The notes under the pieces are model-generated. The model was not told the origin of the DNA. It saw only the letters and a list, made by a program, of their open reading frames with translations, and searched no databases. A stretch of DNA of 64,000 nucleotides from Lama guanicoe. Taxonomy: Eukaryota. The translations under genes and the position numbers were made by a program. Positions 1 through 11,000 of this stretch are shown here, piece after piece; the stretch's first letter is position 1; every line of letters starts with the position of its first letter. The stretch is taken from positions 3,810,799-3,874,798 of the forward strand of contig MU053588.1 in assembly GCA_013239625.1 (NCBI GenBank), given 5' to 3'.

Positions 1-1006
1 AGAAAGACACAGCAGGGAAGAACTGGGTTTTTCCCCACCGTATACAGGAAGAAGACTCATTTTCCCCCCTAATACATATTCCTTGCCCCTTTGTTCCTTC
101 CTTAGAGAATCCTGATTTTGTTTAGGCATAAACCTTTCTTTAGTAGCCAGATGATGTGGGGAAGCCCCAGGAGTGAGGTCAGAACATACTTTGCCAAATA
201 TTGTGGTTCCATGCCCCCTTCCAGTGAATACTCTAGGCATGAGGGTATGAAACAAGTCAGGCAAATAAAACGTGAGGGGGGCAAGTCAGCCTGGAAGTTT
301 GGGGATAAGCTTTCTTTGTTTCAAAAAGAGACCCAAGAAGAGATGGCCCTTTGTTATTGCCTCTGACTGTGGGTGTGATGCCTGGAACTGCAGCAGCCAT
401 CTTGAGGCCATGAGTTGGATACGCTTGAATGGATCCTTTGGGATATAATGGAAACACTGAATTAGTCAACACAGGAACTGTCCTAACCTATGATCTCCTG
501 TTCTGCAAGATAATCAATTTCCTCTCTGTTTCAACCATTTTGAGTTGGGTCTCCTCTTAAATACAGCCCTGGCCACCATATTGCCTGTAATTCATGCAGA
601 ATATGTGGAAGCAGCCCTGCCTGCAGATTAAAACATTCTAAGTGGTAGTCTTCTTTTTCACTTGCTCCCCCATCTTTGTGGTAGGATCTCTCTCACAGAG
701 GTTGTTTCCCCAGCTCTGGCCGAGTGGGCTGTGTACCATGAGAACTGCAGGAGCAGTGGATGCCTGTTTACAACCTGAAAAACTGTATTTGATGGCTTTG
801 ATGTAAACTTCCCCAGCCGTAGCAAAGCGGGTTGTAGGCAGAGCCCTGACCCAAACTGCGCCACATCAGAGGAGAGTCTGTCTTTTAAAATTTTAGAACC
901 AGACACAAGTAGTTCTTAATACTTGACATTTCAAGGTCATATTTGGCTACTATGTTTGACACAGACGAAGGTAGTCTGTGAAGAGATAGAAAAATGAAGT
1001 GAAGGC

Positions 1007-1157
1007 GGGGAGGGTATAGCTCAGTGATAGAATGCGTGCTTAGCATCATGAGGTCCTGGATCCAATCTCCAGTACCAACTTTAAAAATAAATATAAACCT
1101 AATTACCTAACCCACCTCAAAAAAGAAAAAATCACTATAAAAAAAAAGAAAAAGAAA
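1007..1157 (+). mobile_element. tRNA-Ala-derived SINE (camelid vic-1-like)
   Basis: GGGGAGGGTATAGCTCAGTG...AGGTCCTGG head, AACCTAATTACC spacer, A-rich tail. Confidence 0.85.
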
Positions 1158-1664
1158 ATGAAAGCCCAGCCACAAGGGAAACCACACATTCAGAGGAGAG
1201 GAAGAGTGACAAAGAGAGACAGAGACAGATTTTGCAAAACGGAGACAACATTGATTTCACACAGCTTTTCAATTCTGTTTCTTGTCCCTGGTGCAGCCCA
1301 GAGACCGAGCTCTTGCTTGGATTCTAAACTTCCAATAACGTGGTCTTTTTCGCTTGAGTCAGCTTAAACCGGTTTTATTTCTTACAACCGAGATCCCTGA
1401 ACAAAAACTTGGGAGCCATTAACGATGATGTCCTGATCACTAGCTCTGGTGTAGGACATTATGAGAAATGTATCTCTAGCCTCAGTCTCTGCATCATGGA
1501 ACATGTATTTCTATCCTTTGATCCCCACTGTAGGGCATCATGGGAGATACAGTCCTAGCCTCCAGTCTCTGCCATAGGGTCTCATGGGAGATGCAGTCCT
1601 GGCCTCAGTTTCTGCTGTAAGGCATCATGGGAAATGTATTTCTAGCCTCCAGTCTCTGCTGTGG

Positions 1665-2372
1665 GGTATCAACTGGAGCTAGGCTCCAGATGTCACCCAG
1701 GAGAGCAACCCAAGGGCCCCTGAACTGTTTCTATAAAACAAGTAAACCTGTCTTAGGCAAGGAGGCAAGGAAGTGTCCCCCACACCCGCCCCGCGATAAT
1801 AAAAATCTCTTCTAATAAAAATCTCCCTCTGGGCAAACTTGCAGAACACCAAAACTGATTCTGTCTTCTAGCTGTGTTTACAGGACAAGAACAAGAGGGC
1901 CTAACCACAAGCAACTGGTATAAGCTGTGAACTTCCAAACTGGGACAAAGCTCACTCTACAGCTCATTACCATCTCATTGTAATAGTAAGCTCTCCACCC
2001 ACCCCCGCCATATTGGTTCCACCCAATTCTGACCCAGACTCCAAAGGGCCATCCACACCAGGGTGGAAAAGAGGCCTGAACTACATTCTGGGAAATCGCC
2101 ACCCATTTCCAGAAATCAGAATGACACAAGACCCCTGTCCCCAATAACCGTCACCCTTTTCTATAAAAAGCTTGTCCCTGTGAGTAATCAGGGAAAAGGT
2201 GCCTTTAGAGCATGAGCTCCCCTTCTCCATTCTCTGACCATTGAACAAAAGACTGTCTTGCTTGCACCAAACTCCGTTTCATTATCGGCAGGGAGAACCT
2301 GAGCAGGAAAGAAATCCCTGATGAACCAGGGCATTTTGGTTCCACTAGGGTCTCTTGTCTAATTTGGTAACA
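1665..2372 (+). mobile_element. Probable ERV solo LTR
   Basis: Interrupts the 43-bp array; TATA box CTATAAAAAG at 2161; ends in TGGTAACA; 5' boundary uncertain. Confidence 0.55.
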
Positions 2373-2929
2373 CAATCTCTGCTGTAGGGCGTCACGGGAG
2401 AGGTGAAACTAGCCTCAGTTTTCATTATGAAGCATCTCAGAAAATGTCATTTTAGCCTCATCTCCACCTTAGAGCATCAAGGGAGATATAGCCCTAGCCC
2501 AGGTTTTGTCATAAGATACCATGGGAGATGTGTTCTTTCCTTCCTTCCCTCCTTCCTTTCTGTGTCACCTGATGTATCCTGGGCACTATTCTAGGTACTG
2601 GGAATACAGTAGTGAGCAAATGAAAGGCCCTGCCCTGTATGGAGATTATAGTGGGGAAAATTAGCCAAAAAAACCCCACAAGCAAGTGACTGTTCCAGCC
2701 AACCACTGCAGCATAACAAAATACCCCCAAACTCCACCTTGTAAAACCATAACCTCTTTACTTTGTGATTCTGTGGGTTGGGAATTTGAGCGAGGCACAG
2801 TGGGATCAGTGCCTATCTGCTCCACAATGGACTGGGGCTAAAATGGGCTGCCTTCAACAGCTGGAGATGGACAGGCTGATTCATCTGGGGCCACAGATCT
2901 GAAACCTTGGTTCTGGCTGTTGCCTGATG

Positions 2930-3505
2930 TTGCAGGTTGAATTGTGTCTCCCCAAAATATATGTTAAAACCCTAACACCCAGGTTCTATGAATGTGACCT
3001 TATGTGGAACTAGGTAGGGTCTTTGCAGATGTGAATAAGATGAGGTCATACTGAGGAGGGTAGTATAGCTCAGTGGTAGACTGCGTGCTTAGCATGCATG
3101 AGGTCCTGGTTCAACCCCCAGTACCTCCATTAAAAAAAAACAGTTGAGGTCCTACTGGATTAGGGTGGGCCCCTAAATCCAATGCTGGTATCCTGATAAG
3201 GGGAGAGAGATTTGGAGACACATAGCCATATTCACAGAAAAGAAGGCCACGTGATGACACAGGTGGAGACTGGAGTGATGCAGTCACAAGACAAGGACCA
3301 CCAAGGACCATCGGCAAAACCCCCGGAAGCGAGGAAGAGGCCAGGAAGGATTCTTCCCCAGAGATTTTAGAAGGAGCATGGCTCTGCCAACACCTTGATT
3401 TCGGACTTCTAGCATCCAGAAGTCTGAGAGAATAAATTTCTGTTGTTTGAAGCCACCTCATCTGTAAGTTGGCAGTAATTTATCATGGCGACTGCAGGAA
3501 ATGAG
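2930..3505 (+). mobile_element. MaLR (MLT1-type) LTR with nested SINE
   Basis: Typical MLT motifs: TGTGACCTTAT, GGTCTTTGCAGATGT, GCCAACACCTTGATTTCGGACTTCTAG, AATAAATTTCTGTTGTTTGAAGCCAC. Confidence 0.7.
3053..3140 (+). mobile_element. tRNA-Ala-derived SINE
   Basis: Same head plus poly-A; TSD TGAGGTC(A/C)TACTG at 3041-3053 and 3145-3157. Confidence 0.85.
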
Positions 3506-4520
3506 AACAGTTGGGTTTCCTGGGTCTCCTGCACGTTACATCTGCTGAGGTTGCCATGTTCAGGGTTGCTCCTGCGCCCACTTGGCGGGTGCCTGGGCTG
3601 AGATGGCTGGAACATCTCAGGCTCTCTCTCCAGTGGGCGTCCGTGCACAAGTAGCTTGGGTGTCCTCAGAGCAGGGCAGAAAGACTCTGATGTGGCAGCT
3701 GGCTTCCCCCAGAGCTGGACAGTTTCTTAAAGCCTGGGCCCAGAGCATGGCGTCGCATAACTTCCACCACATTCTATTGGCCAAAGCAGTCACAGAACCC
3801 CTCATGTTCAAGAGGTGGAGATATCGACCCCACCTTTTTAAGCTACCACAATGACAGTTGGGGGCTGTTGTTTGGAGGAGATCCTAAAAAGAAACGTTGT
3901 CCCTCATCAGCCCCCAAATACCATGGAAAATGTTCTTTTTCTTCATATGCCATTGGGCTTATGGGAACGTATTTTTTTTTTTGTCTCTGTGGGTTTGCCT
4001 CAGCAAATCATGGGAAACACCCATTCTTCAATGTTGCGCTCAAAGAGTGCCATTGAAATGCTAGTTCTGTCCTTTTCTCAGTCAGTCTGAGAGCATCCTA
4101 GGAAATACAGCCCAGCCTTTATCTCTTGCCCCCAGAGCAGCAGGGAAATGTAGTTCTATCCTTACTCCCCGTTGCAGGGCATCCAGGGGTTATGTCCTAT
4201 TTGATCTCCTGTCTCAGAGCCCCCCAGGAAATGCAGTCACATCTCCTTAGAACAAAGTAGTCTTGACCTTTGGAGTTTGGGAGAAGAGACTAGAAGATTA
4301 GTGCTTGGATGAGTGAGTTGGAAGGTTGCATCTGGAGCCCAGAAATAGAGGTGGGAACAGCTTAGGGCAGAAACTTACATGGGGTAGCTTCCAAAGCTGG
4401 GGCCTTGAATGTCTGGGTCCTACAATGTGACCCCTAATTCTAGGAGCCTGAGGAAAGGTGCCACTCATTCATTGTCTATGGAAAAGGGTAGATCTGGCCT
4501 TGTTCACTGGTACAAAAAAC

Positions 4521-4592
4521 TTTATTTAAGTATAAAACATTAAATAAAACAAATATTAATTAATAATAACGATAGTGGCAACAATATTAATT
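4521..4592 (-). terminator. PLAUR: PLAUR polyadenylation signal and AU-rich element
   Basis: Minus-strand AATAAA at 4526-4521; ARE nonamer UUAUUUAAU at 4547-4539 inside an AU-rich block of the 3' UTR. Confidence 0.8.
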
Positions 4593-4810
4593 ATCACAAG
4601 AGCTCTCACCTGCTGGCCCGCAGCCTTCTCTAGCTTTTCTCCTCTGGTTCTCACAGCTCTATGAGATAGGGGTTTTGACAGCTGGGAAAACTAAGGCCCA
4701 GAGAGGGCAGCATACTGGCCTGAGGTCACACAGCAAGTCTGCTTGGATGGGAGCTGAGGGAAGAGCAAAGGGGACCCCTGGATCCAGCCAGGGCAGGAGG
4801 AATGTGGGGT

Positions 4811-5064
4811 TCAGGTCCAGAGGAGAACGCCTCCCCAAAGTCGGGCGGTCACAAGCAGGATGACAATGAGGTTGAGGTGAGCGGGGCCAGACCGGTGGGC
4901 GCCCCCAATGCGGGGCTGGATGTCCAGGGCTGGATTGTTACAGCCATTTCCAGTACAGCATGAGACGTTGACATGGGTGAGGCCGAAGGCTTCAGCCACC
5001 TGGAGGTCTTGGCACCAGGAGGGGGCTGCACAACCTCTTATGGTGTAGCTTGGGTTCCCCAGCC
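4811..5064 (-). CDS. PLAUR: PLAUR exon 7 coding part (D3 second half and GPI signal)
   Basis: [45 protein letters not shown]...GGVLLWT, TGA at 4813-4811. Confidence 0.97.
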
Positions 5065-8000
5065 CTGAGGAGAGAGAAGATCGTGTGAGGCTCCCAGCTC
5101 TCGGGCCTGGCCTGGAATCCCTGGGCGACTTGCCACCTTGTGAATGCTGCCCCGAGAAAGCAACAGTTCTAAGTGTGGTCCCGGGACCCCCTGGGGTTCC
5201 CTCTGCCCCTTCCAGGGGATCTGCGAAGTCAAAAGTATTCTCATAATAATACTAAAACGTCATATGGCTTTTTTTGCTCTCACAAGTGTACAATAGGTTT
5301 CCCAGAAACCTCAAGACACGCGATCTTGCAACAGACAAGATATGAGAAGCAGACAGGAGAATCCAGCTGTCTTCTATTGAGCCAGATGTTAAAGAGATTG
5401 CAACATGGCAGAACAATGCCAGTCTTCTCGTTCAGTTTTTTTTATTTTGGAAAATATCTTCCCCCAACCCCCATAAAAATATGTTACGCTCTCATGCAAT
5501 GAGTTTTCAATTGTTCTTTAAAATGAATAAATACATCTTTCAAAATCTCTCAGTTTTAATTTCGAATACAGTAAATATTTATCGATATAACTGACACAAA
5601 CAATAATTTTTAAGAGCACGAAAGCATTTTGAGACCCAAAAGCTTGAGAACCCCTGGAATATTAGAATCCGCCCAGGACTTCGTGGGATGGAATCCCACC
5701 AAGTCCGCAGGAAGGCCCGCCCACCTAGGGGAAGCCCCACCCCCGAGAAGTCCGCATCTCTGTGGCCAAAATGACCATTTTCCAATGAACAAGTCCTAAT
5801 TCCTTACTACTCTTTGCACCCTCCTGAAAGAAGTCCTACCTTTTCCAACAGGAAGGTCCACCTCAATTAAGTCCAGCTTAACGGGAAGTTAACCTCTTGC
5901 AGAACCCCCGCCCCTCCACTAAGCATCCTCTCCCAGCCTCTTAAAGGGCCTCACCATTAGTGCCTGTGGCTTCCAGACATTGATTCATGGGACCTCGGCA
6001 TTCAGTGAGGGAAGACTCTTCGGAGGAACATCCATGGGTGCTATTCCCCTCACAGCTGTAACACTGGAAACCATTCAGTGGCAGGTTTTGAAGCTCCAGG
6101 ACTTGGGAGAAGACAAGTGACCCAGAAACCACGGAAATTAGCACAGAGGGTTCACAGCGTTACCTCCCCAGCCCGCGCGCGATGTCGTGCAGCCCCCTTG
6201 TGGTCAGGCATTTGAACATCACCCTCTTTGGAGGGTTCTCTAGGGCCTGTGAGAGAAATCCCAACTTCCAGCTCCCCACTCACCCGTATCTATCCAGGTA
6301 CTGGGTAAGACAAAACAGTCCCCGCCCTCAGAGGACGTACAATTTAGAGCTACACTGTCCAATATGATAGCCACCAGCCCCATGTGGTTGTTTACATTTA
6401 AATTGAAATCAGTACTCACAGGTGGCCAGGGCTGCCATATTGGACAGTACAGATATAGAACCTTTCCATCACCGTGGAGAGTTCTGTTGGACAGTACTGG
6501 TTTACAGAGACAGAGTAACACAAATGATCTAGATGATACTGGAGGGCAGAGATAGGGAAGTTTTCCCTGAGGATGACGCTTTAAAGCTGAGACTCAACAA
6601 ATGAGAAGGAGCCAGTCAGGTGAACTCCTGGGGAAGATTGTGTGTCAGGGTACTGCATGTGCAAAGGCCATGAGGCAGGATGGAATTTGGCAGTTGTAGA
6701 AATGAGATGAAGACCATGAGGCAGACATAGGGTCTAGGAGAGCCTTTGAGTTTCATTCTAAAAGCAAGGGGAAGTCATTGAAGTGTTTGCGGAAGGAGAG
6801 TGACATGATCTGATTTACATTAAAAAAAACCACTCTTGCAGCTGTGTTGAACATTGCAGGAGAGGCAGCAGGAAGACCAGCAAGGAGGTCATTGCAGCAA
6901 TCTAGGTGGGAGGCCATGGTGGCTTGGACCAGGTGGTGAGCCGTGGAAGGACTGAAGAGGATGTAGGAGCAGAGGATGTAGGTCTTCATGAAGATTTGCT
7001 AGTTTCATTGAATTTCTCACAGAATCCTTCTTTGAGGGAGGGCTTGATAGGTCCATTTTTCAGAGAAGGAAACAGAGAGGAGGGTTTGTCTGCCAGCGAG
7101 CCACAGTCAGCCTGAGCATACCTCCTCGCCCCGATCCTGGGGATCCCCTGACTCTTACCTGGGCCCCCATTGCATTTTGTGGTGTTGCAGCACCGCAGGA
7201 AGTGGAAGGTGTGGTTGTTGTGGAAGCCGGTTGGGCCTGGGCAGCCTGGAAGGTTGCCGCAGCCCCGGGTGTGGCGCTCATCCCTTGGACTCTCTGTAGG
7301 GGACAGAGGAGGTGGTCAGATTGCTAATGTGGGCTGAGACTGGATTTGCCCACTGCAGCAGTTGACTGTCTGTCCTCTGCTTCATTCTTCATTGTAAGAC
7401 CCTCATTTTCTTTGGGGCAGCCATATATTCCAGCCAAAAGATGCAATTTTCAGCCTCCATAGGTGTAGCCATGTGGCTAAATTCTGGTCAGTGTGATCTA
7501 CAGTAGAAAAATTTTATGGGACTTACAGAAAGGAGAATCGTTACAAAAGGAGGTGTGCCCCTTTTTTGCCCCTTCTTTTCCTCTTCCTCTTTCCTGGAAC
7601 TTGGTCTTGAGACCTCGAGTTCCAGCAGCCATCTTGGACTATGAGGCAATCTTGAGAATGGAAGCAATATGTAAGAAATGAGAAGGCACCTGGATTCCTG
7701 GTGACTGTGGAACGGTCCTAGTGGCCCTGGACTTCCTATCACTGGATCTTTTGTGTGAGTACTAACTTTGTACCTTGCTTAAATCCCTGTTCTTTTGGGG
7801 TTGTTTAGTGCAGCCTTGGGGAGGAGCAAAGCAGGGAGGCGTGGATTGGCAAGTTGGGACTCACCTTCTAGGCTCCGGTGAGTTACCACCTCCAGGCACT
7901 GTTCTCCAGGGTTGTGGCACTGCAGGCTCTGGTCCCAGCCCCTCTCACAGCTCAGGTCTGATGAGGCACAGGAAGCACATTCGAGGTAATGCCTTCGAGG

Positions 8001-11000
8001 AAAGATAGGAGGCCGACCTGTTTGGGGAGGAGCAGGAGGGTGAGACTCTGGGGAAGAGCCCTAGAGACCCAGCTCCCTCAGTATCAGTTCCTCCTTATCT
8101 CACCCTTCAGCCAGTCATCAAGTTCCGCCCACTCCATCTCCTGAAACTTTCTAGAATCCATCCCCTCCTTTCCAGCTTCATCATCAGGTCAGACCTCCTT
8201 CAAAACCAGCTTCCTCTCTGGCCTCCTGGTTTCCATTCTTGCCCTTCCCACCCCAGAGCATCCCACATGGCCCTAGAAGGATGCTTCTAATACTCAAATC
8301 CAACCCTGCTTCTCCTCTGCTCAAAACCCCTCCATGGGTCCCCAGTGCTCTCAGAATTAAATCCAAGAAACCCAGTGCAGCATTCAAGGCCCATCAAAGG
8401 CTGGGTCCTGGCCACCTTTACTGCCTCATCTACCTCCACTACCCCCTCAGACTCTGCTCCACACCGACTTCCCTCAGTCCCCGAGTGTATCTGCTGCGTG
8501 TCATCCAGCCTTTGCATCTGCTGTTGCCTTTGCCTAGAACACTCTCCCTATCTCCTACTCATTCTTCAGGGGTCATCTTCTCCAATTTCACCTCCTCCAA
8601 GAAGCCCTCCTCAACCTCCCAGGCTGTATCAGGTGCCCTACTGGGCTCCCCATTTCCAGCCCTGCCCATTCTGGATCATCCCTGTCTGGTGCCAAGTCTG
8701 TTTCCCTTACTGGAGCCCATCCCAGGAGGGTAGGACCAGGGCTGTCTTGGTCACTACTATGTCCCAACATGACCCAGCAGAGGGGCCAGGGCCAGAGAAG
8801 ATCTTCAATAAATATTTGTTAAATGAATGAATGAATGAATGAACAATTCCTTATGTTGTTCCCTGAGATAGCCAGCCTCCAAGATGGCCCCCAATGATCC
8901 CTGCTTCCTTATACCTGTGCCTTTGTGTAGTCCCTTCCAATAAATAATAGAGCTCAGGGGAGGGTATAGCTCAGTGGCAGAGTGTGTGCTTAGCATGCAC
9001 AAGGTCCTGGGTTCAATCCCCAGTACCTCCACTAAAAAATTAATTTAAAAAACCTAATTAGTCCCCCCAAAACCCCCCAAATAAAATAAAATAGCTGCTT
9101 AATAAATTAAAAACAAAAAAAGAATAGAGCTGACCAGACCTGTGGAACTAATAGGATATTGTGGATATGACGTGTGTGACTTCTGCGCTAGATCATGTAA
9201 GACATCACCACTTCTGCGTGGCTCTCTCTTCAATCACTTGCTCTTCAATCACTTGCTCTGGGGGAGACCAGCTGCTGCCATGTTGTAAGGACACTGAAGC
9301 AGCCCCACCGTGAGGTCTACGTGGTGAAGAACAGAGGCCTTGGCCAAAGCCATGGGAGCAGATCATCCACGTGAGAGACACTACCTTGGGCACATTCAGA
9401 TGACTGCAGCCCACTGTCAAACTCTGACTACAACCTCATGAAAGATCCAGAACTGCCTAGCTAAACCACTCCCAGATTCTTGACCTTCAAAAACTTAGTG
9501 AAATAATGCTTTTTTTTTAAAGTTTTAAGGCAATCTGTAATGTGGCAATAGATAATTAAAACACTACCCAATTGTGTCAGAGGTCAAAGCTTCATGTGAT
9601 GGAGCTGTGATAACTTTGCCTCTCACACAGACCTCCCAATCCAGGCCAAGTGGATTAAGAGTTAATTTTCCCTGGAAACACCAGTCATTCCTCTGCCCAG
9701 ATCTTGGCTCACACTGCTCTAAAGCCTGGCATGCCCTCCCCTTCCTGACCCCAGATGTCCAAGTTGAGTTTGGGCCAAGTCTTAGAGAAATTAGAGGGCT
9801 GTCTCAGCCAAGGCTCTCAACTGGCAGGCCAGCAGCTGTAATTCGGTGAATCATTTATAGCCAAAGCCAAATCTTTCTCACCAACCATCCCCAAAAGAAG
9901 AATAACTGAAAGGCCAACAACCCATGTCCTCTCACGTGAACTCCCATGAAAATGGAAGCATGAATTACCATTATTGCCAAAATGGCAGCCTTCACATCCC
10001 CACACCTGTACCCCCAAGTGCCTCCTGGAGGTCTCCTGGCCATCCGTCAAACACCTGAATCTCTGTATGCCCCAAATGGGACTCTCCATCTTCTCCAAAT
10101 CGCTCCTTCTCCTGAATTCCACATCTCTGAGATGGTCTCATCCAGTCCCTCAGGGTAGAAACCTGGCAGACTCTTTGATCCTCCATATCTAGGCATCAGT
10201 CTGAATACTCCCACTTCCCTGTCTTCAAGTTCTGTAATCCTTTTGCTTGGCTGTTTCTCATCTCCACGAAGCCCATCTATTGAGTTCTTAATTTTAGTCA
10301 CTGTTCTCTGTTTCCTGTTTGACTCATCTTAAAAATGGATTCCAGATATCCACTAAAAATTATCCTTTCCTCTGTTTTCTTGATTATGTTGATCATTGCT
10401 ATTTTAAAGTTCCCTGTTTAGTAACTCCAATATCTGATTCATGATATGTCTGTTTTTACTGTGGGATTTTTCTCTTGGTTTCTGGTCAGCTGGTTCTTTC
10501 TATTTTCTTCAGGATATCTTGTACGTTTTGATTAGATGCCAGACATAGATGATAATTTGTCACGGCTCTAAATGATGTTATCTTCTTCCAAAGAGGATTC
10601 AGTTTTCTTCCTGTCGAAGATCAGATGTAGGCATTTTGGGGTCTGGTCTATTTCAGTTTTGCCCTAACTCCTAGCATGTGGTCTCAGAGGGAAGCCTGAG
10701 ACCTCTCTTTCCAACTTGGCAACTTCGTTCCCCCAGCATCATATGCCTGCTGGAGTCTCTGCTCAGTTCTGTAGCTTCCCAGAGACTATTTTCTGTAGAG
10801 TTTCTTGGAGTCTCACCCTATGCATGTACAGCTTGCCAACGCACTGAAGGAAATTTGCAGATTTGGGGACTCCCTTTCCTGTGGTGCCATGCATTCTAGG
10901 ATTTTACTTCTCATTTTTCCAGACACTCTGGCAGCCCCAGACTCCAACCTCTGCCTTCTCAGTCTAGCAACGATCGTTTTCTATTTGTGTTCTATTTCCC

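Larger units (their letters stand above)
1456..4245. repeat. Degenerate ~43-bp tandem array (consensus approx. GCATCATGGGAAATGTAGTTCTAGCCTCAGTCTCTGCTGTAGG) in three blocks: 1456-1671, 2375-2535, 3920-4245
   Basis: Unit starts at 1456, 1491, 1535, 1579, 1622, 1666; about 2389, 2432, 2474, 2516; and about 8 weaker units in 3920-4245. Blocks are separated by LTR-type insertions. Confidence 0.75.

Noticed and set aside
1456..4245. CRISPR-like repeat-spacer array
   Set aside because: Mammalian DNA, the spacers are homologous to each other, and there are no cas genes; it is a degenerate tandem repeat.
8957..9031. tRNA-Ala(AGC) gene (and the similar copies elsewhere)
   Set aside because: The copies have A-rich tails, target-site duplications and stem mismatches, and lack an oligo-T terminator; they are SINEs.
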